Below are positions 62,917 to 64,000 of a DNA stretch of 64,000 nucleotides, piece by piece; position 1 is the stretch's first letter, and the number at the start of each line of letters is the position of its first letter. The notes under the pieces were generated by a model. That model was given only the letters and a program-made list of their open reading frames with translations, searched no databases and was not told the origin of the DNA. The DNA lies in contig CP154954.1 in assembly GCA_039621445.1 (NCBI GenBank), positions 18,958,642 through 19,022,641 of the forward strand. Reading direction: 5' to 3'. Origin of the DNA: Euglena gracilis (lineage: Eukaryota). Position numbers and translations under genes: made by a program.

Positions 62917-62987
62917 GCACACAGTGTAGTTGGTGCAGCATGCAGTTCGGAACTGTCAGGTCGCGGGTTCAAACCCCGCTGTGTGCA
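62917..62987 (+). tRNA. tRNA-like sequence (Pro-CGG-like; pseudogene or SINE head)
   Basis: Acceptor gcacaca/tgtgtgc, T-arm gcggg-ttcaaac-cccgc, anticodon loop tt-cgg-aa. Positions 8-9 appear to be missing. Confidence 0.5.
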
Positions 62988-64000
62988 ACAAGTTTTCCTC
63001 ACTTGAAACCGCCATCTACTGTCATTTTTTTTGAAGAAATTATGAATCACCCTCACGCAAAAAAATGCTTGCATTCCCAATTCTTCTCCTTCAGTGTCAC
63101 AATGCCGTTTCGGGTGGAAGCGGTGTGGGATAGTTATGATGAAAGTACAGGGTACTGAAATGAAGTGAAAATACAGGAACTTATTGCTTTATGGAGGCCA
63201 CATCACCACATGCAGGCCACTCAGGCCTTTGCTCTGAACAAATCCACATTCGATCGAGCAGAGGCCTGCCTGCAACACGGTGACAGGCCCTTGGTGGGTC
63301 TACTTATTTTCTGCTACTTGCTACTTGCATCACAAGTTTCAAGTCTGAAGACAGATTTCACAGACATTTTGTCCTTAGATGCTGGTTTTCTTCTGAAACT
63401 TCAATTTTTATTTCTTGCGTTCTTTATTTGCTGTTCGACAAATGTTGTTGGAAACCAAAAAATTGGGGGAGAAGTTTTTCAATCTGGCAAACGGCCCAAA
63501 ATTTTGCATTTCACATTTTTTGCGATGTCATGGTTTTTTTTTTGGGCCGGATGTGGTGGCCAGTTTTGGGCCAGATGTTCTATCCAGTTTTGGGCTAGAT
63601 GTGGTGGCCAGTTTTGGGCCACAGGATTCTCTCAGGAAGGAGTTGTTTGGGTGCCATTCTCTTGGAAAGGGGGGGGGGCAGAAAAGCGTTTTGTTTCCGT
63701 TTTTTTTTTTGGCAAAATATGTGTTGTTCAACGAGAAAAATGTCAGTAAAATTTGACTGTGCCAAAAGTTTGTTTACTTTATTGACCTTCGTTTATTTCA
63801 CCTCCTCAAAAGTATGAGCTTTTAGGACGGAAAATTTTGAGGTTTTTTGTGAAAAAAGTTTTTTTCCATCAAAAATCACGTGTTTTTGGGTTTTATTTTC
63901 CAAAAAACTTTTCTGGGCAAAATCCCCGTTTTCCCGAAAACGGTGAAAATGTTGTGGTGGGTGTGGGGGGGGGGTCGACTTACCCCCCCTTCCGGTTCTT

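Noticed and set aside
63165-63749. 194-aa ORF
   Set aside because: No recognisable domain; the 3' half is tandem repeat.

Overview
Eukaryotic, repeat-rich nuclear DNA, most likely from a euglenid (Euglena-like). This is inferred from a gene whose introns mostly follow the euglenid nonconventional pattern (N3-CAG...CTG-N5, base-paired ends, no GT-AG). Left third (1-21.7 kb): a cluster of decayed DIRS-type tyrosine-recombinase retrotransposons (gag-like, RT, RNase H, N6-adenine methyltransferase, YR). One block is duplicated (1-7389 vs 14747-20517) and carries a nested TIR element plus, in one copy only, a young non-autonomous LTR element. Middle (29.2 to about 54 kb, minus strand): a multi-exon receptor-type class III adenylyl cyclase. 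I reconstructed its catalytic domain and C-terminus exon by exon; the N-terminal exons are only approximate and the start codon was not found. Right part: two homologous relics of an unrecognised protein, one with a PHD finger and one with a Crypton-like tyrosine recombinase, plus many palindromic/TIR miniature elements, tRNA-like sequences and a 112-bp satellite. Two leads stand out. (i) TIR elements with 8-bp target-site duplications have a 3+5 geometry that reproduces the nonconventional-intron consensus, suggesting transposon-made introns. (ii) A candidate PHD plus tyrosine-recombinase mobile element. All calls were made by eye; no database searches were run.
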